A DNA stretch of 32,000 nucleotides, from contig NZ_CP047960.1 of the NCBI RefSeq assembly GCF_014280195.1, forward strand, positions 930,001 to 962,000, written 5' to 3'. Positions 1-9,215 of the stretch are shown one piece after another. Numbering within the stretch: position 1 is the first letter of the stretch; each line of letters starts with the position of its first letter. This stretch comes from Synechococcus sp. A15-24 (GTDB lineage Bacteria > Cyanobacteriota > Cyanobacteriia > PCC-6307 > Cyanobiaceae). The notes under the pieces were generated by a model. That model had not been told where the DNA came from, searched no databases, and worked only from the letters and a program-made list of their open reading frames with translations. Both the position numbers and the translations under genes were made by a program.

Positions 1-33
1 CCTGGGACGCATGTTGCGCTCCATACAGTTCGG

Positions 34-690
34 ATGTATCCGCGGAACATCTCAATGGTTGCGATTCCCTCCCGTGAACTCTCCCCAAGACGTGACGGTT
101 TCAGGGAATTGCTGGAAACCAACTACCAGAAACGCAACCTTGTTCATCTGACGGCGGGCAGTGTTGTCCCGTTGCTGAAGAACAGCATCTGGCTTGTTAT
201 GCGCGGCATGGTCAAGCTTGGTGCCGTATCTGTGCATGGCGATGAGTTGCTGCTTGGGCTTGCCGGACCGAACGAGCCTTTTGGTGAACCACTGAGCACG
301 GTGGAGGCCTATGAAGCGGTGGCACTGAGTGACTGTGACCTTCTCTGCTTGAGCACCAGTGAGGTGGAGCAGGCACCCCAACTCGCTCTGGCGATGATGG
401 ATGCCATTGGTGCTCGTTACCGGCAGGCCGAGTACATGTTGGCTCTGCTCGGTCTGCGCCGCGTGGAGGAGCGGGTGCGCGGTTTTCTGGAAATGTTGGC
501 CCAGGACTATGGCCAACCCTGTGACGACGGCTTGCGACTCAATCTGCGGCTGACCCATCAGGAGATGGCCAGTGCTCTGAGCACCACCCGCGTCACGGTG
601 ACCCGGGTGATCGGTCTGCTGCGTGATGAGGGCTGGTTGAAGATCGATGCCCAGCGGCACCTGGTGATCGCCCACCTGCCACGTCGCTGA
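34..690 (+). CDS. Crp/Fnr-family transcriptional regulator (cNMP-binding-like N-domain plus C-terminal HTH)
   Basis: 218-aa ORF. The C-terminal helix-turn-helix LTHQEMASALSTTRVTVTRVIGLLRDEGWL is typical of Crp/NtcA-type regulators. An upstream beta-roll-like region is present (GAVSVHGDELLLGLAGPNEPFGE). The start could instead be the ATG at 55. Confidence 0.85.
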   Translation: MYPRNISMVAIPSRELSPRRDGFRELLETNYQKRNLVHLTAGSVVPLLKNSIWLVMRGMVKLGAVSVHGDELLLGLAGPNEPFGEPLSTVEAYEAVALSDCDLLCLSTSEVEQAPQLALAMMDAIGARYRQAEYMLALLGLRRVEERVRGFLEMLAQDYGQPCDDGLRLNLRLTHQEMASALSTTRVTVTRVIGLLRDEGWLKIDAQRHLVIAHLPRR

Positions 691-710
691 TTCCTGAGGA
701 TTCAGGGCAT

Positions 711-738
711 TAAAAAGCCGGCACAGAAGTGCCGGCTT
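711..738 (-). terminator. Rho-independent terminator hairpin between the convergent Crp-family gene and tRNA-Pro
   Basis: Perfect 10-bp stem AAGCCGGCAC / GTGCCGGCTT (715-724 and 729-738) with a 4-nt loop AGAA. Read on the minus strand, TTTTTA (716-711, partly overlapping the base of the stem) follows the hairpin, so it fits termination of the tRNA transcript. On the plus strand the U-tract is poor (TTG), so it is only weakly bidirectional. Confidence 0.6.
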
Positions 739-782
739 GTGACCTATCGCAGTGCGACGCGGTCGGGGTTTGGACGGTTGGA

Positions 783-859
<77 letters not shown>

Positions 860-870
860 GATGCAAATTA

Positions 871-1251
871 TCACAGGGCATTCCGCCGCCTGAGTCGTTT
901 CAGCATGCGAGTGGTCAGCTGATCTCTTGACTGGTTCCCGTACTGCAGAAGGCGCATCTCAGAGGCCATCTGACGCATCTCCTTGAGGTTCATGGCCGCG
1001 AGCCTCAGCTCTGGAAGCGTCCTCCAGGCCCGTGCTCGCATCGGCAGGGTGTTCGGTCCACCGGCCTGGCCGATGTTGATCGTGCCATCGGCCAGCCACT
1101 CAGGGATCAGCACCATCAAGACGGCGATGAGTCCGTAAAGCTCCACCAGCCCCCGTGGGAGTGGATGAAGCCGGCGTCGATCCGTCGGGTCCGGCGGAGC
1201 GCTCACAGCGATCCTCGGTGGAGGTAATGCCCACACCTTGCCACTGACCAT
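871..1251 (-). CDS. Conserved hypothetical protein (one predicted TM segment; C-terminal Rho_N/SAP-like helical motif)
   Basis: The ORF runs 871-1263. The first ATG is at 1251 (MVSGKVW...). It has a hydrophobic stretch LVELYGLIAVLMVLIPEWL and a C-terminal LRLAAMNLKEMRQMASEMRLLQYGNQSRDQLTTRMLKRL. No family was recognised with certainty. Confidence 0.5.
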   Translation of the reverse strand: MVSGKVWALPPPRIAVSAPPDPTDRRRLHPLPRGLVELYGLIAVLMVLIPEWLADGTINIGQAGGPNTLPMRARAWRTLPELRLAAMNLKEMRQMASEMRLLQYGNQSRDQLTTRMLKRLRRRNAL

Positions 1252-1273
1252 TGGCGCATCCAAAGCGCGGTGG

Positions 1274-1429
1274 TCAGATTTGCAATGACCTCGATGCTGG
1301 TGATGGTGGAGTCTCGCGCCAGATCAGTTCAGGACCGCGGCTGGCCTCTGGGGTGCGGGTTGAAAAGACCAAACCGATCACCAGCAGCACCGTCAAACCG
1401 ATCGCGATCAGAACCTGCCGTTCTGTCAT
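1274..1429 (-). CDS. Possible small single-pass membrane protein (51 aa) immediately downstream of msrA
   Basis: The internal ATG at 1429 of ORF 1274-1684 gives MTERQVLIAIGLTVLLVIGLVFSTRTPEAS.... The start lies 1 nt after the msrA stop (TGA-G-ATG on the minus strand). There is no homology evidence. Confidence 0.25.
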   Translation of the reverse strand: MTERQVLIAIGLTVLLVIGLVFSTRTPEASRGPELIWRETPPSPASRSLQI

Positions 1430-1430
1430 C

Positions 1431-2141
1431 TCAATCGAGGCGGATCGGGGCATTGTCGCTGCGCAGCACACAGTGGTTGATGCTCCAGTCGTAGGCCGCC
1501 CAGACCGTTGATGGAAGGCGGTAATTGTTCCCGTCGAAGTCACCCAGAACGGTCTGAGTTGGCATGGCGGAGCAGTAGGGACGACTGCCGGGTTTGGCGA
1601 GGTATTGCTGGTGATAAGGCTCAGCGAAGGTAAACGCCTGATCCGCCAGGATCTCCGTGGTGATCGGTCCATACCCCCGTTCATTCAGGGCGTCCTGATA
1701 CGCGGTTCTGCTGGCCTGGGCCAGGCTCATCTGCTGATCTGTCGTGGTGTAGATCGCTGAGCGGTACTGGGTTCCTGTGTCGTTGCCCTGGCGGTTCCCC
1801 TGGGTGGAGTCATGGCATTCCCAGAACAGTTTCAGCAGATCACTGAAATCCACGGCTGGGGTGCTCCAGACCACCCGCACCACTTCGGTGTGGCCGGTTG
1901 TCCCTGTGCAGACCTCTTGATACGTCGGGTTGGATCGCTGACCACCGGCGTAACCCACGGCCGTGGTCACCACACCCGGAAGACGCCAGAACCCCTTCTC
2001 AGCGCCCCAGAAACATCCGCAGGCAAAAAGTGCTTCCTCCTGATCACTCATCAATGGTGCCCGCAGCGGGGTGCCAAGCACGGCATGCATCTCCTCTGTC
2101 GAGGACTCACCACCGCGTTGGGTCAGCCAGGAGGGGAGCAT
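1431..2141 (-). CDS. msrA: Peptide-methionine (S)-S-oxide reductase MsrA
   Basis: Catalytic motif [11 protein letters not shown]. The family-typical [23 protein letters not shown] and YHQQYL are present. The N-terminus MHAVLG resembles the E. coli MsrA leader region, as I recall it. Confidence 0.9.
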   Translation of the reverse strand: MLPSWLTQRGGESSTEEMHAVLGTPLRAPLMSDQEEALFACGCFWGAEKGFWRLPGVVTTAVGYAGGQRSNPTYQEVCTGTTGHTEVVRVVWSTPAVDFSDLLKLFWECHDSTQGNRQGNDTGTQYRSAIYTTTDQQMSLAQASRTAYQDALNERGYGPITTEILADQAFTFAEPYHQQYLAKPGSRPYCSAMPTQTVLGDFDGNNYRLPSTVWAAYDWSINHCVLRSDNAPIRLD

Positions 2142-2166
2142 GAATGATCAGAGAGTCCATGTAACC

Positions 2167-2430
2167 CTAGGCAGGCTGATCGGTGCTCTGAACGGGTTCC
2201 AGCTGAATGTGGTTCAGCAGGGTGGTGACGAATGCGAACAGAAGAAAGGGAAGGCTCAGCACCAGAATCAGACCGACGCCCACGAGCGCGAAAATCGGCC
2301 GTGATGAGCCCATCAGGGCCAGTCCTGCCGCAAGGCTCACGAAGATCACGGCCATCCAGGCCAGCACCTGGCCGTAGATGTCGCCGAAGGTGAGCGTGCA
2401 GCGCATCGCCAGAGGTGAGCTGCTGGTCAT
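2167..2430 (-). CDS. Small integral membrane protein, unknown function (two predicted TM helices)
   Basis: 87-aa ORF with two long hydrophobic segments (VLAWMAVIFVSLAAGLALMG; IFALVGVGLILVLSLPFLLFAFVTTLL). It fits the gap between msrA and the ABC gene. Confidence 0.5.
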   Translation of the reverse strand: MTSSSPLAMRCTLTFGDIYGQVLAWMAVIFVSLAAGLALMGSSRPIFALVGVGLILVLSLPFLLFAFVTTLLNHIQLEPVQSTDQPA

Positions 2431-2498
2431 GGAAAGCTCCTGCGTTCAACCAGCTAAGCCGCTCAAAGCGGTGTTGTCCGTCTCTGCTTCCAACTTCT

Positions 2499-4253
2499 TC
2501 AGGAAGCCATTCCCTCGAGTTGTTCGGCAGCCTGTTGGCGTTCCCACAGTCTTCGATAAACCCCGGCCGTGGCGATCAAGGCGTTGTGGTGGCCCTGTTG
2601 CACGATCCGCCCGTTTTCCATCACCAAGACCCGGTCGCAGGCTGCAGCGGCCGAGAGTTGGTGGCTGATCATCACAATGGTGCGTCCCTCCTGGGATCGA
2701 ATCGAGTTCAGGATGGCGGCGGCGGTGTTGTTGTCCACGCTGGCCAAGGCATCGTCCAGAACCAGCACCGGAGCGGAGACCAGCAGGGCGCGCCCCAGGG
2801 CAGTGCGTTGACGTTGCCCGCCGCTGAGCGTGATGCCCCGTTCGCCGACGATGGTGCTGAATCCATTCGGGAACCCTTTGACGTCATCCGACAGTCGGGC
2901 GCGTTCGGCCGCTTGCTTGACCAGGTCATCTCCTGCCCTGGGTTCGCCGTAACGAAGGTTGTCGGCGAGGGTGCTGGTGAACAGAAATCCCTCCTGGGGA
3001 ACCATGGCCACCTCGCCTCGCAAATCCTTCAGGGGCAGGCGGTTGATGTCCACGCCATCCAGGAACAATTGGCCGTCCGGAACGGGCACCATCCGACCGA
3101 AGGCACGGGCCAGGGTTGTTTTGCCGCAGCCCACAGCACCGACCACGGCCACCAGTTCGCCAGGTTCAATGCAGAAATCAAGACCATTCAGGGTCTCGCG
3201 CTCGGCTCCGTCGTAACGGATGTGCAAGCCGCGAGCTTCGAGTCGTCCGCTCCTAGGTTGATCTGCCGTGATCGGATCGTTGCCATCACGAATGGCAGGT
3301 TGCCGCTGGAGCAGCTCCTCCACCCGTTCCAGACTCACCTGACCGGTCTGGAACGTGTTGAGCGTGAAGCCCAACAATGCAGTGGGAAAAACCAGCTGCT
3401 GCACATAGAAGACCAGGGCGACAAGCCCTCCGGTCGTGAGGCTGCCGTCACTGAGCTTGCCGCTGCCCAGGGCCAGCAGCAACAACAGGGAGATGGAGGA
3501 AAGACCCTCCAAAAGGGGGAAGAGGGTGCTTCGAGTCCGTGCCAGACGGATGGCACTGTTTCGGTAACTGCGGTTGCGCTGGGAAAACGCCTGCTGCTCC
3601 GATGCTTCCTGGCCGTAGATCTTGATCGCTCCGATACCGGAGAGGTCCTCCTGGATTAGATCGCTCAACCCGGACAGGTCCTCCTGTTGACGGCGTTGCT
3701 GCTTCATCATCCGGCCGCCGAACAGGCGCACCACCGTCAGCATCACCGGATAGGGACCAATAGCAGCCAGGGTCAGCCATGGATCAATCGTCAACATTGC
3801 CGGCAGCGTCAGGCTGTAGGCCAGCAGGGTGTTGGTCAGGCTGAGAATGGCGAAGCCCAGCAGGCGGCGGATGTTCTCCACATCGCTGGTGGCCCTGTTG
3901 ATCACATCACCACTGCCCGTGGTCTGCACCCAGGCCGGTTCCTGCCGGAGCATGTGGTCAAACAGGCTCTGGCGGAGTTCGACCTCCACCTGGCGGCCGA
4001 CACCGAACACAAGCTGCCGTGACAGCAACCGCACGGCACCCATGGTGGTGGCCAGCAGCACGATCAAGGCGGCCTGGCTCAGGACGCGGTCATAGGCGAA
4101 GCCGACCTGCAACTCATCGATGACCCGGCGCACCTCCATCGGGATCGTGACGCTGAGGACGTTGACCACCACCAGGGCGATCGCGCCGAAGATGACGGTT
4201 TTGCGATGGGGGCGGAGGTAACGGCCGATCAGGTCCAGGCGCATGGCCGCCAT
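2499..4253 (-). CDS. ABC transporter, fused permease/ATPase (MsbA / multidrug-exporter type)
   Basis: 584 aa. The N-terminal half is a 6-TM domain. Walker A is GAVGCGKTT, the ABC signature is LSGGQRQR, Walker B is VLVLDDALASVD, and an H-loop ISHQL is present. Confidence 0.92.
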   Translation of the reverse strand: MAAMRLDLIGRYLRPHRKTVIFGAIALVVVNVLSVTIPMEVRRVIDELQVGFAYDRVLSQAALIVLLATTMGAVRLLSRQLVFGVGRQVEVELRQSLFDHMLRQEPAWVQTTGSGDVINRATSDVENIRRLLGFAILSLTNTLLAYSLTLPAMLTIDPWLTLAAIGPYPVMLTVVRLFGGRMMKQQRRQQEDLSGLSDLIQEDLSGIGAIKIYGQEASEQQAFSQRNRSYRNSAIRLARTRSTLFPLLEGLSSISLLLLLALGSGKLSDGSLTTGGLVALVFYVQQLVFPTALLGFTLNTFQTGQVSLERVEELLQRQPAIRDGNDPITADQPRSGRLEARGLHIRYDGAERETLNGLDFCIEPGELVAVVGAVGCGKTTLARAFGRMVPVPDGQLFLDGVDINRLPLKDLRGEVAMVPQEGFLFTSTLADNLRYGEPRAGDDLVKQAAERARLSDDVKGFPNGFSTIVGERGITLSGGQRQRTALGRALLVSAPVLVLDDALASVDNNTAAAILNSIRSQEGRTIVMISHQLSAAAACDRVLVMENGRIVQQGHHNALIATAGVYRRLWERQQAAEQLEGMAS

Positions 4254-4303
4254 GCGGTTTCCGATCAGGGCACGTCAACCTAGGTGGGTGTGGTTCTCCA
4301 CGG

Positions 4304-4627
4304 ATGTCTGATTCCCCGTCCGAGTCAACCCAGAGTCATCCCCTCCATGGGACCGACCGCGATTTGATCGATCGTCTGCTGGCCTGTGAAGCGCCGGGTG
4401 ACGGTGAACTGACGGAACTGGCGCGTCTGCTGATTCGCTACGACGGCTTCCCCGGTGCTGAGGATCTGCAGCAGGACTTGCAGCGGTTGCTGACCCTGTG
4501 GTCACTCAGCCGGGACGAGCTCAACCATCAGGTGCGTGCGCTGTGGGCCAAGGGCTACCGCCCCGGTGCCGCAGCCACTGACGCTGTGGGCTCAGGCTTC
4601 GACACCAGTGAGACCAGCGACGGCTGA
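4304..4627 (+). CDS. Conserved cyanobacterial hypothetical protein (DUF3288-like)
   Basis: 107 aa. The core DRDLIDRLL...LTELARLLIRYDGFPGAEDLQQDLQRLLTLWSLSRDEL matches my recollection of the DUF3288 family. It is divergent from the ABC gene. Confidence 0.65.
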   Translation: MSDSPSESTQSHPLHGTDRDLIDRLLACEAPGDGELTELARLLIRYDGFPGAEDLQQDLQRLLTLWSLSRDELNHQVRALWAKGYRPGAAATDAVGSGFDTSETSDG

Positions 4628-4667
4628 ATCTGGTCAGCTCAGCACTTCGTGGGGATAGTGGGTGCCC

Positions 4668-5720
4668 ATGGGCCCATTCCGCTGCATGTCACCTGCCTCT
4701 CCCTCATGGTCCGGTCTGCTGGAGCTGCTGTTGTGCGGTGAAAGCCTGTCCGCTGCACAGGCGACGGACCTGATGCAGGCCTGGCTGTCCGAGTCCCTGA
4801 CCCCTGTTCAGACCGGTGCCTTTCTGGCCGGTCTCCGGGCCAAGGGGATGGAGGCCGAGGAGCTGGCGGCGATGGCGACGGTGCTGCGTGAGGCTTGTCC
4901 ATTGCCCTGTGCCCGCCCCGATCGGTTTTTAGTGGACACCTGCGGCACGGGCGGCGATGGTGCCGACACCTTCAATATCTCCACCGCCGTTGCCTTCACC
5001 GCTGCGGCTTGCGGCGTGGAGGTGGCGAAACACGGCAACCGCAGTGCCAGTGGCAAGGTCGGTTCCGCCGATGTGCTGGAGGGGCTGGGCCTGAACCTCA
5101 AAGCACCGTTGCAATCGGTCGTCGACGCGATTCCTGCCGCCGGCGTCACATTTTTATACGCTCCGGCCTGGCATCACGCTCTGGTGAACCTGGCGCCCTT
5201 GCGACGCAGCCTCGGTGTGCGCACGGTGTTCAATCTGCTTGGCCCGCTGGTCAATCCGTTGAAACCACAGGCACAGGTGCTGGGGGTCGCGCATAAGGAT
5301 CTTCTGGATCCCATGGCTGGAGCCCTGCAACGTCTTGGATTGGAGCGAGCCGTGGTCGTCCACGGCGCCGGAGGGCTGGATGAGGCGTCGCTGGCAGGTC
5401 CCAATGAGCTGCGCTTCATCGAAGCTGGCGCCATCCGCACGCTTCAGCTCTCTCCTGACGAACTCGGATTGGCAACGGCGGATCTCGAGGCGTTGAAAGG
5501 CGGTGACCTGGATTGCAACCAGACAATCCTTCAGCAGGTGCTCCAGGGCCGTGGGGAACCAGCCCAGCGGGATGTGGTTGCGCTGAATACAGCCCTGGTG
5601 CTGTGGGCCGCTGGGATCGACACAAATCTGTCCTCTGCCGCGGCCCGCGCCGCCGAAGCCCTGGATCAAGGCCTTCCCTGGACCCGTCTGGAGACCCTGC
5701 GCCAGCACCTGGCCACCTGA
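4668..5720 (+). CDS. trpD: Anthranilate phosphoribosyltransferase TrpD
   Basis: [36 protein letters not shown] and NLLGPLVNP motifs. The start is ambiguous (GTG 4662, ATG 4668 or ATG 4686). Confidence 0.93.
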   Translation: MGPFRCMSPASPSWSGLLELLLCGESLSAAQATDLMQAWLSESLTPVQTGAFLAGLRAKGMEAEELAAMATVLREACPLPCARPDRFLVDTCGTGGDGADTFNISTAVAFTAAACGVEVAKHGNRSASGKVGSADVLEGLGLNLKAPLQSVVDAIPAAGVTFLYAPAWHHALVNLAPLRRSLGVRTVFNLLGPLVNPLKPQAQVLGVAHKDLLDPMAGALQRLGLERAVVVHGAGGLDEASLAGPNELRFIEAGAIRTLQLSPDELGLATADLEALKGGDLDCNQTILQQVLQGRGEPAQRDVVALNTALVLWAAGIDTNLSSAAARAAEALDQGLPWTRLETLRQHLAT

Positions 5721-5761
5721 AATGGACAATGAAGGGTGATGACCGTGAGCTTTTCGGCCTG

Positions 5762-6913
5762 ATGCCCCACCCTTCGTCACGTCAGGCTCTTCTCGTGCTG
5801 GCCGATGGCACGGTTCTCACGGGTGACGCGTTCGGGCACTGCGGCTCCGTGGTGGGTGAGGTCGTGTTCAACACCGGAATGACCGGATACCAGGAGGTCC
5901 TGACCGACCCGTCCTATGCCGGGCAGCTGGTCACCTTCACCTACCCCGAACTGGGCAACACCGGCGTGAATGGGGATGATCAGGAGGCCGACCATCCCCA
6001 TGCCAGGGGAGTGATCGCTCGCCAGCTCGCCCCATGTGCCAGCAACTGGCGCTGTTCGGAATCCCTGAACGACTGGATGGAACGCCATGGCCTGGTGGGC
6101 ATCTGCGGTGTCGACACCCGTGCCTTGGTGCGTCGACTTCGAGAAGGCGGAGCCATCAATGGTGTTATCAGCAGCGATGGACGTTCGCCCGCTGATCTGC
6201 TGGCCGAGGTCCGTCGAGCCCCGAGCATGGAGGGTCTCAATTTGGCCAGCGAGGTCAGCACTACCGAGCCCTACGAATGGTCGTCGCCATGCCGTGTCGG
6301 TTTCGATCAGCGGCTGAAACAGAATCCCGACCTCCCTTACCGCGTGGTTGCCATTGACTTCGGCATCAAGCGGGCGATCCTCGACCGTCTGGTCGCCCAT
6401 GGCTGTGCGGTCACCGTTCTGCCCTCGGATGCCGATCTGGACACTGTGCTGTCCCATCAGCCGGAGGGGGTCTTCCTCTCCAATGGCCCTGGCGATCCAG
6501 CTGCGGTGGACAGCGGCATCGACCTGGCCCGATCCCTGCTGGAGCGGGCCAATCTGCCGTTGTTCGGGATCTGCCTCGGCCATCAGATTCTTGGCCTTGC
6601 CTTGGGAGGGAAGACCTTCAAGCTCGGCTACGGCCACCGTGGTCTGAACCATCCCTGCGGCACGAGCGGTCAGGTGGAGATCACCAGCCAGAACCACGGC
6701 TTTGCCCTGTCCGCTGACTCACTGCCAGAGCCGATGGTTGAGGTCACCCATCTCAATCTCAACGACCGCACCGTTGCAGCGTTTCAGCATCGCCATCAAC
6801 CGGTGTTTGGCATCCAGTACCACCCGGAGGCCAGCCCTGGACCCCACGACGCCGATCACCATTTCGGTCGCTTCGTTGCGTTGATGGCGGATCGTCGGAA
6901 CGTCGGTGGTTGA
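5762..6913 (+). CDS. carA: Carbamoyl-phosphate synthase small (glutaminase) subunit CarA
   Basis: [21 protein letters not shown]. The glutamine amidotransferase triad region is [11 protein letters not shown] plus [12 protein letters not shown]. The track ORF begins at 5513, but that extension overlaps trpD. Plausible starts are ATG 5762 ([16 protein letters not shown]) or ATG 5729. Confidence 0.93.
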   Translation: MPHPSSRQALLVLADGTVLTGDAFGHCGSVVGEVVFNTGMTGYQEVLTDPSYAGQLVTFTYPELGNTGVNGDDQEADHPHARGVIARQLAPCASNWRCSESLNDWMERHGLVGICGVDTRALVRRLREGGAINGVISSDGRSPADLLAEVRRAPSMEGLNLASEVSTTEPYEWSSPCRVGFDQRLKQNPDLPYRVVAIDFGIKRAILDRLVAHGCAVTVLPSDADLDTVLSHQPEGVFLSNGPGDPAAVDSGIDLARSLLERANLPLFGICLGHQILGLALGGKTFKLGYGHRGLNHPCGTSGQVEITSQNHGFALSADSLPEPMVEVTHLNLNDRTVAAFQHRHQPVFGIQYHPEASPGPHDADHHFGRFVALMADRRNVGG

Positions 6914-6946
6914 CAACCGTCAGCATCACTACACTTCGTGGCGTGA

Positions 6947-7333
6947 TTGCGTGGGGAGACTGGACCCATCAGTGAACTGCAGCGACTGACGGTCTCTCTG
7001 CGTGGAGGCTTCGAACAACAGAACGGCTGTCTGGTGTTTCATTTCACCGGTCAGTTGGACGCCTACTCCGAGAAGCAGTTCATGGAGTACGTCGTCGACG
7101 TGCTGAAGGCCAGCAAACTCCCTGCTGTGATTGACCTCAGCAAGATCGATTTTCTGGACTCATCCGGATTGGGTGCCCTTGTTCAGCTCGCCAAGCAGTG
7201 CACGGATGCCAAGCGCGCGTTTTCCCTTGTGGGGAACTCCCGTGTGATGCAGACGGTGAAACTTGTGCGTCTGGAAGAGTTTCTGCATCTGGCCCAGGAT
7301 TTGCCTTCGGCCCTCTGCAACCTGGCGGCTTGA
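6947..7333 (+). CDS. STAS-domain protein (anti-sigma-factor antagonist, SpoIIAA-like)
   Basis: The pattern FTGQLDAYSEKQF...IDLSKIDFLDSSGLGALVQL...GNSRVMQTVKLVRLEEFL is the STAS/SpoIIAA fold signature, including the DSSG phosphorylatable-serine loop. The only in-frame start before residue 45 is TTG 6947. Confidence 0.8.
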   Translation: MRGETGPISELQRLTVSLRGGFEQQNGCLVFHFTGQLDAYSEKQFMEYVVDVLKASKLPAVIDLSKIDFLDSSGLGALVQLAKQCTDAKRAFSLVGNSRVMQTVKLVRLEEFLHLAQDLPSALCNLAA

Positions 7334-7755
7334 GCGAGTGGATCCGGGGGCAGACCGCCGGCGGTAGTGCTGGTGACCTCGGTCCGCTTCAGTTGGCGTG
7401 GTTGGGTGATGCGGTCTGGGAATTGCACCAACGTTTGCGCTTCTGCCGCTCACCAGGTCGTGCCGATGTGCTGCACCGCGCCGTTGTTGCCAAGGTCTGT
7501 GCCGAGGCACAGGCCGAGGCCCTTGGCCAGCTTGATCCTTTCTTGAACGAGCAGGAGCGCGATTTGGTGCGTCGTGGCCGCAATCGGGCCGGTCGCGGAC
7601 CCAAGCGCTCCGATGCGGCTTTGTATGGACTCGCCACAGGGTTTGAGACAATGGTGGGCTGGCTGTATTTGAACGACCCAGCGCGCCTGGCGGAGCTTCT
7701 CGATCACCTGGATCAGGCCGGCACCCTCTCAACATCCTCAACACCTCGCCCATGA
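7330..7755 (+). CDS. mrnC: Mini-ribonuclease III (Mini-III, 23S rRNA maturation)
   Basis: LAWLGDAVWELHQRLRF, RGRNRAG and YGLATGFETMVGWLYL align by eye with Bacillus YazC/MrnC (LAYIGDA..., RGRN, Y..STAFEALLGYLFL). The likely start is TTG 7330, which overlaps the STAS stop (cTTGA). The 7198 start of the track ORF would overlap the STAS gene. Confidence 0.8.
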   Translation: MSEWIRGQTAGGSAGDLGPLQLAWLGDAVWELHQRLRFCRSPGRADVLHRAVVAKVCAEAQAEALGQLDPFLNEQERDLVRRGRNRAGRGPKRSDAALYGLATGFETMVGWLYLNDPARLAELLDHLDQAGTLSTSSTPRP

Positions 7756-9182
7756 GCCCTCGCTTTGAACGCCGTCCCGGCGGTTCGTCCAGGACTGGAC
7801 GACCGGGGCGCAGCGACCGACTTCGTCCTGATACCGACGCTGAGGCTGATGCCGGCCGCCGCGAGTGGAACCGAGAGGCGCCGGTCCGCCAGGGGCGCAT
7901 GGACGACCGTCGCCGGGGTCGCTCCGATGAAGAGCAGCGCGCCCGTCCTGATCGGGGCGACCGTGGAGGCCGTGGACGTTTCATGGCAGACCGGCGTCCT
8001 GAGCGCCCCGCGCGTCGGGAGGGGCGTCGGGACGATCAACGCCCTTACAGCGATCGTCGTGATCCCCCCCGTGACGACCGTTCCGATGGACGTTCCGATG
8101 GGCGTCGCATGGATCGTCGTTTTGATCGTCGGGATGAAGCACAGGGGGACCGGCGGGGTGACCGGCGTCCGTCCTTTCAACGGGAGCGCTCGCGGCTTCC
8201 ATTCAGGGATCGTGCTCCGCGCAAGCCTGAGGGGGAGGCGGCTGCTGCCACGCCGCCAGCTGATGATCTGGTCTGGGGTCGTCATTCAGCACTCGCGGCC
8301 CTGGAAGCCGGTCGACCGATCCATCGCATCTGGTGCACCCCGGAGATGCGCAGTGCCGCCAAGTTTCTGCAACTGCTTCGCGATGCCAAGGCTTCCGGTG
8401 TGCTGGTGGAGGAGGTCACCTGGGCCCGTCTGGGCCAGATCGCCGGAGGCTCAGTGCACCAGGGCATTGCCCTGCAGACAGCGGCAGCTGAAACAATCGA
8501 TCTGGAGAGCCTGATTGAAGGCTGCTCCGATCTGGGGGAACCGCCGTTGCTGCTGGCCCTCGATGGCGTCACGGATCCCCACAACCTCGGTGCTGTGGTC
8601 CGTTCGGCTGAGGCCATGGGAGCCCATGGCGTGGTGTTGCCCCAACGACGCAGTGCCGGTCTGACGGGGTCGGCGGCGAAGGTGGCTGCTGGCGCCCTTG
8701 AACACCTCCCGGTGGCGCGGGTGGTCAACCTCAACCGCTCTCTCGAGAAGCTCAAGGATGCCGGCTATCGGGTGATTGGCCTGGCAGGTGAGGGCGATGT
8801 GACCCTGCCTGATGTGGATCTGAGTGGGCCGCTGGTGCTGGTGACCGGTTCGGAGGATCAGGGGTTATCCCTGCTGACACGCCGCCACTGCGACCAGTTG
8901 GTACGGATTCCGCTGCGGGGCGTCACGCCAAGCCTGAATGCATCTGTGGCAACGGCGCTGTGCGTGTACGAGGTGGCCCGTCGCAACTGGATGAAGGACA
9001 TTCATGGTCAGGCTCCGTCGCCGCCGATTCAGCGGGCGCGGATGGCCGGTCAGCGCGAGGACGGCACGCCAGCACCACAGGTTGAAACGACGCAGCCTGA
9101 GGAGCGCATCGAACTGGACCTTGAACGACGAGATCTCGATGCAGGACGCGAGTTTGATCAGAGCATCCAGCTTTCTCCCTGA
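7752..9182 (+). CDS. rlmB: 23S rRNA (guanosine-2'-O)-methyltransferase RlmB (SpoU/TrmH family) with a long Arg/Asp-rich N-terminal extension
   Basis: The SpoU-substrate-binding and SpoU methylase core runs from about residue 175 (VWGRHSALAALEAGRPIHRIW ... LDGVTDPHNLGAVVRSAEAMGAHGV ... LVTGSEDQGLS ... IPLRGVTPSLNASVATAL). The ATG overlaps the mrnC stop (ATGA). Confidence 0.85.
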   Translation: MSPRFERRPGGSSRTGRPGRSDRLRPDTDAEADAGRREWNREAPVRQGRMDDRRRGRSDEEQRARPDRGDRGGRGRFMADRRPERPARREGRRDDQRPYSDRRDPPRDDRSDGRSDGRRMDRRFDRRDEAQGDRRGDRRPSFQRERSRLPFRDRAPRKPEGEAAAATPPADDLVWGRHSALAALEAGRPIHRIWCTPEMRSAAKFLQLLRDAKASGVLVEEVTWARLGQIAGGSVHQGIALQTAAAETIDLESLIEGCSDLGEPPLLLALDGVTDPHNLGAVVRSAEAMGAHGVVLPQRRSAGLTGSAAKVAAGALEHLPVARVVNLNRSLEKLKDAGYRVIGLAGEGDVTLPDVDLSGPLVLVTGSEDQGLSLLTRRHCDQLVRIPLRGVTPSLNASVATALCVYEVARRNWMKDIHGQAPSPPIQRARMAGQREDGTPAPQVETTQPEERIELDLERRDLDAGREFDQSIQLSP

Positions 9183-9215
9183 GTTGACCGTGTTATTTGG
9201 CCTGGTCGGTGCAAA

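Noticed and set aside
2415-3659. 414-aa plus-strand ORF opposite the ABC transporter gene
   Set aside because: It is a shadow ORF antisense to a gene with clear Walker A/B and signature motifs. Low-complexity Gly/Ala/Gln-rich translation.
4177-4184. HIP1 octamers GCGATCGC (for example 4177-4184; others near 13548 and 28531)
   Set aside because: They are scattered single copies inside coding regions, consistent with a cyanobacterial background but not a discrete feature. The one copy near the island's right edge is mentioned only as weak support in a finding.
5513-5761. Long N-terminal extensions in the ORF track: carA from 5513, dnaG from 25081, acr3 from 27173, umuD up to 31245, K+ channel from 20137
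   Set aside because: These extensions overlap the preceding gene or a divergent gene and are not homologous to the respective families. The conserved N-termini begin at the internal ATGs used in the feature list.
5777-6697. 306-aa minus-strand ORF opposite carA
   Set aside because: It is antisense to carA, which has unambiguous family motifs. This is a typical GC-rich shadow frame.
7713-8514. Overlapping ORFs (7713-8285 minus; 7765-8514 plus) and quasi-periodic gaccg/cgtcg units that might suggest a repeat array or CRISPR-like structure
   Set aside because: The periodicity comes from the Arg/Asp-rich coding low complexity of the rlmB 5' region. There are no identical direct repeats separated by unique spacers. 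The alternative frames are shadow ORFs.
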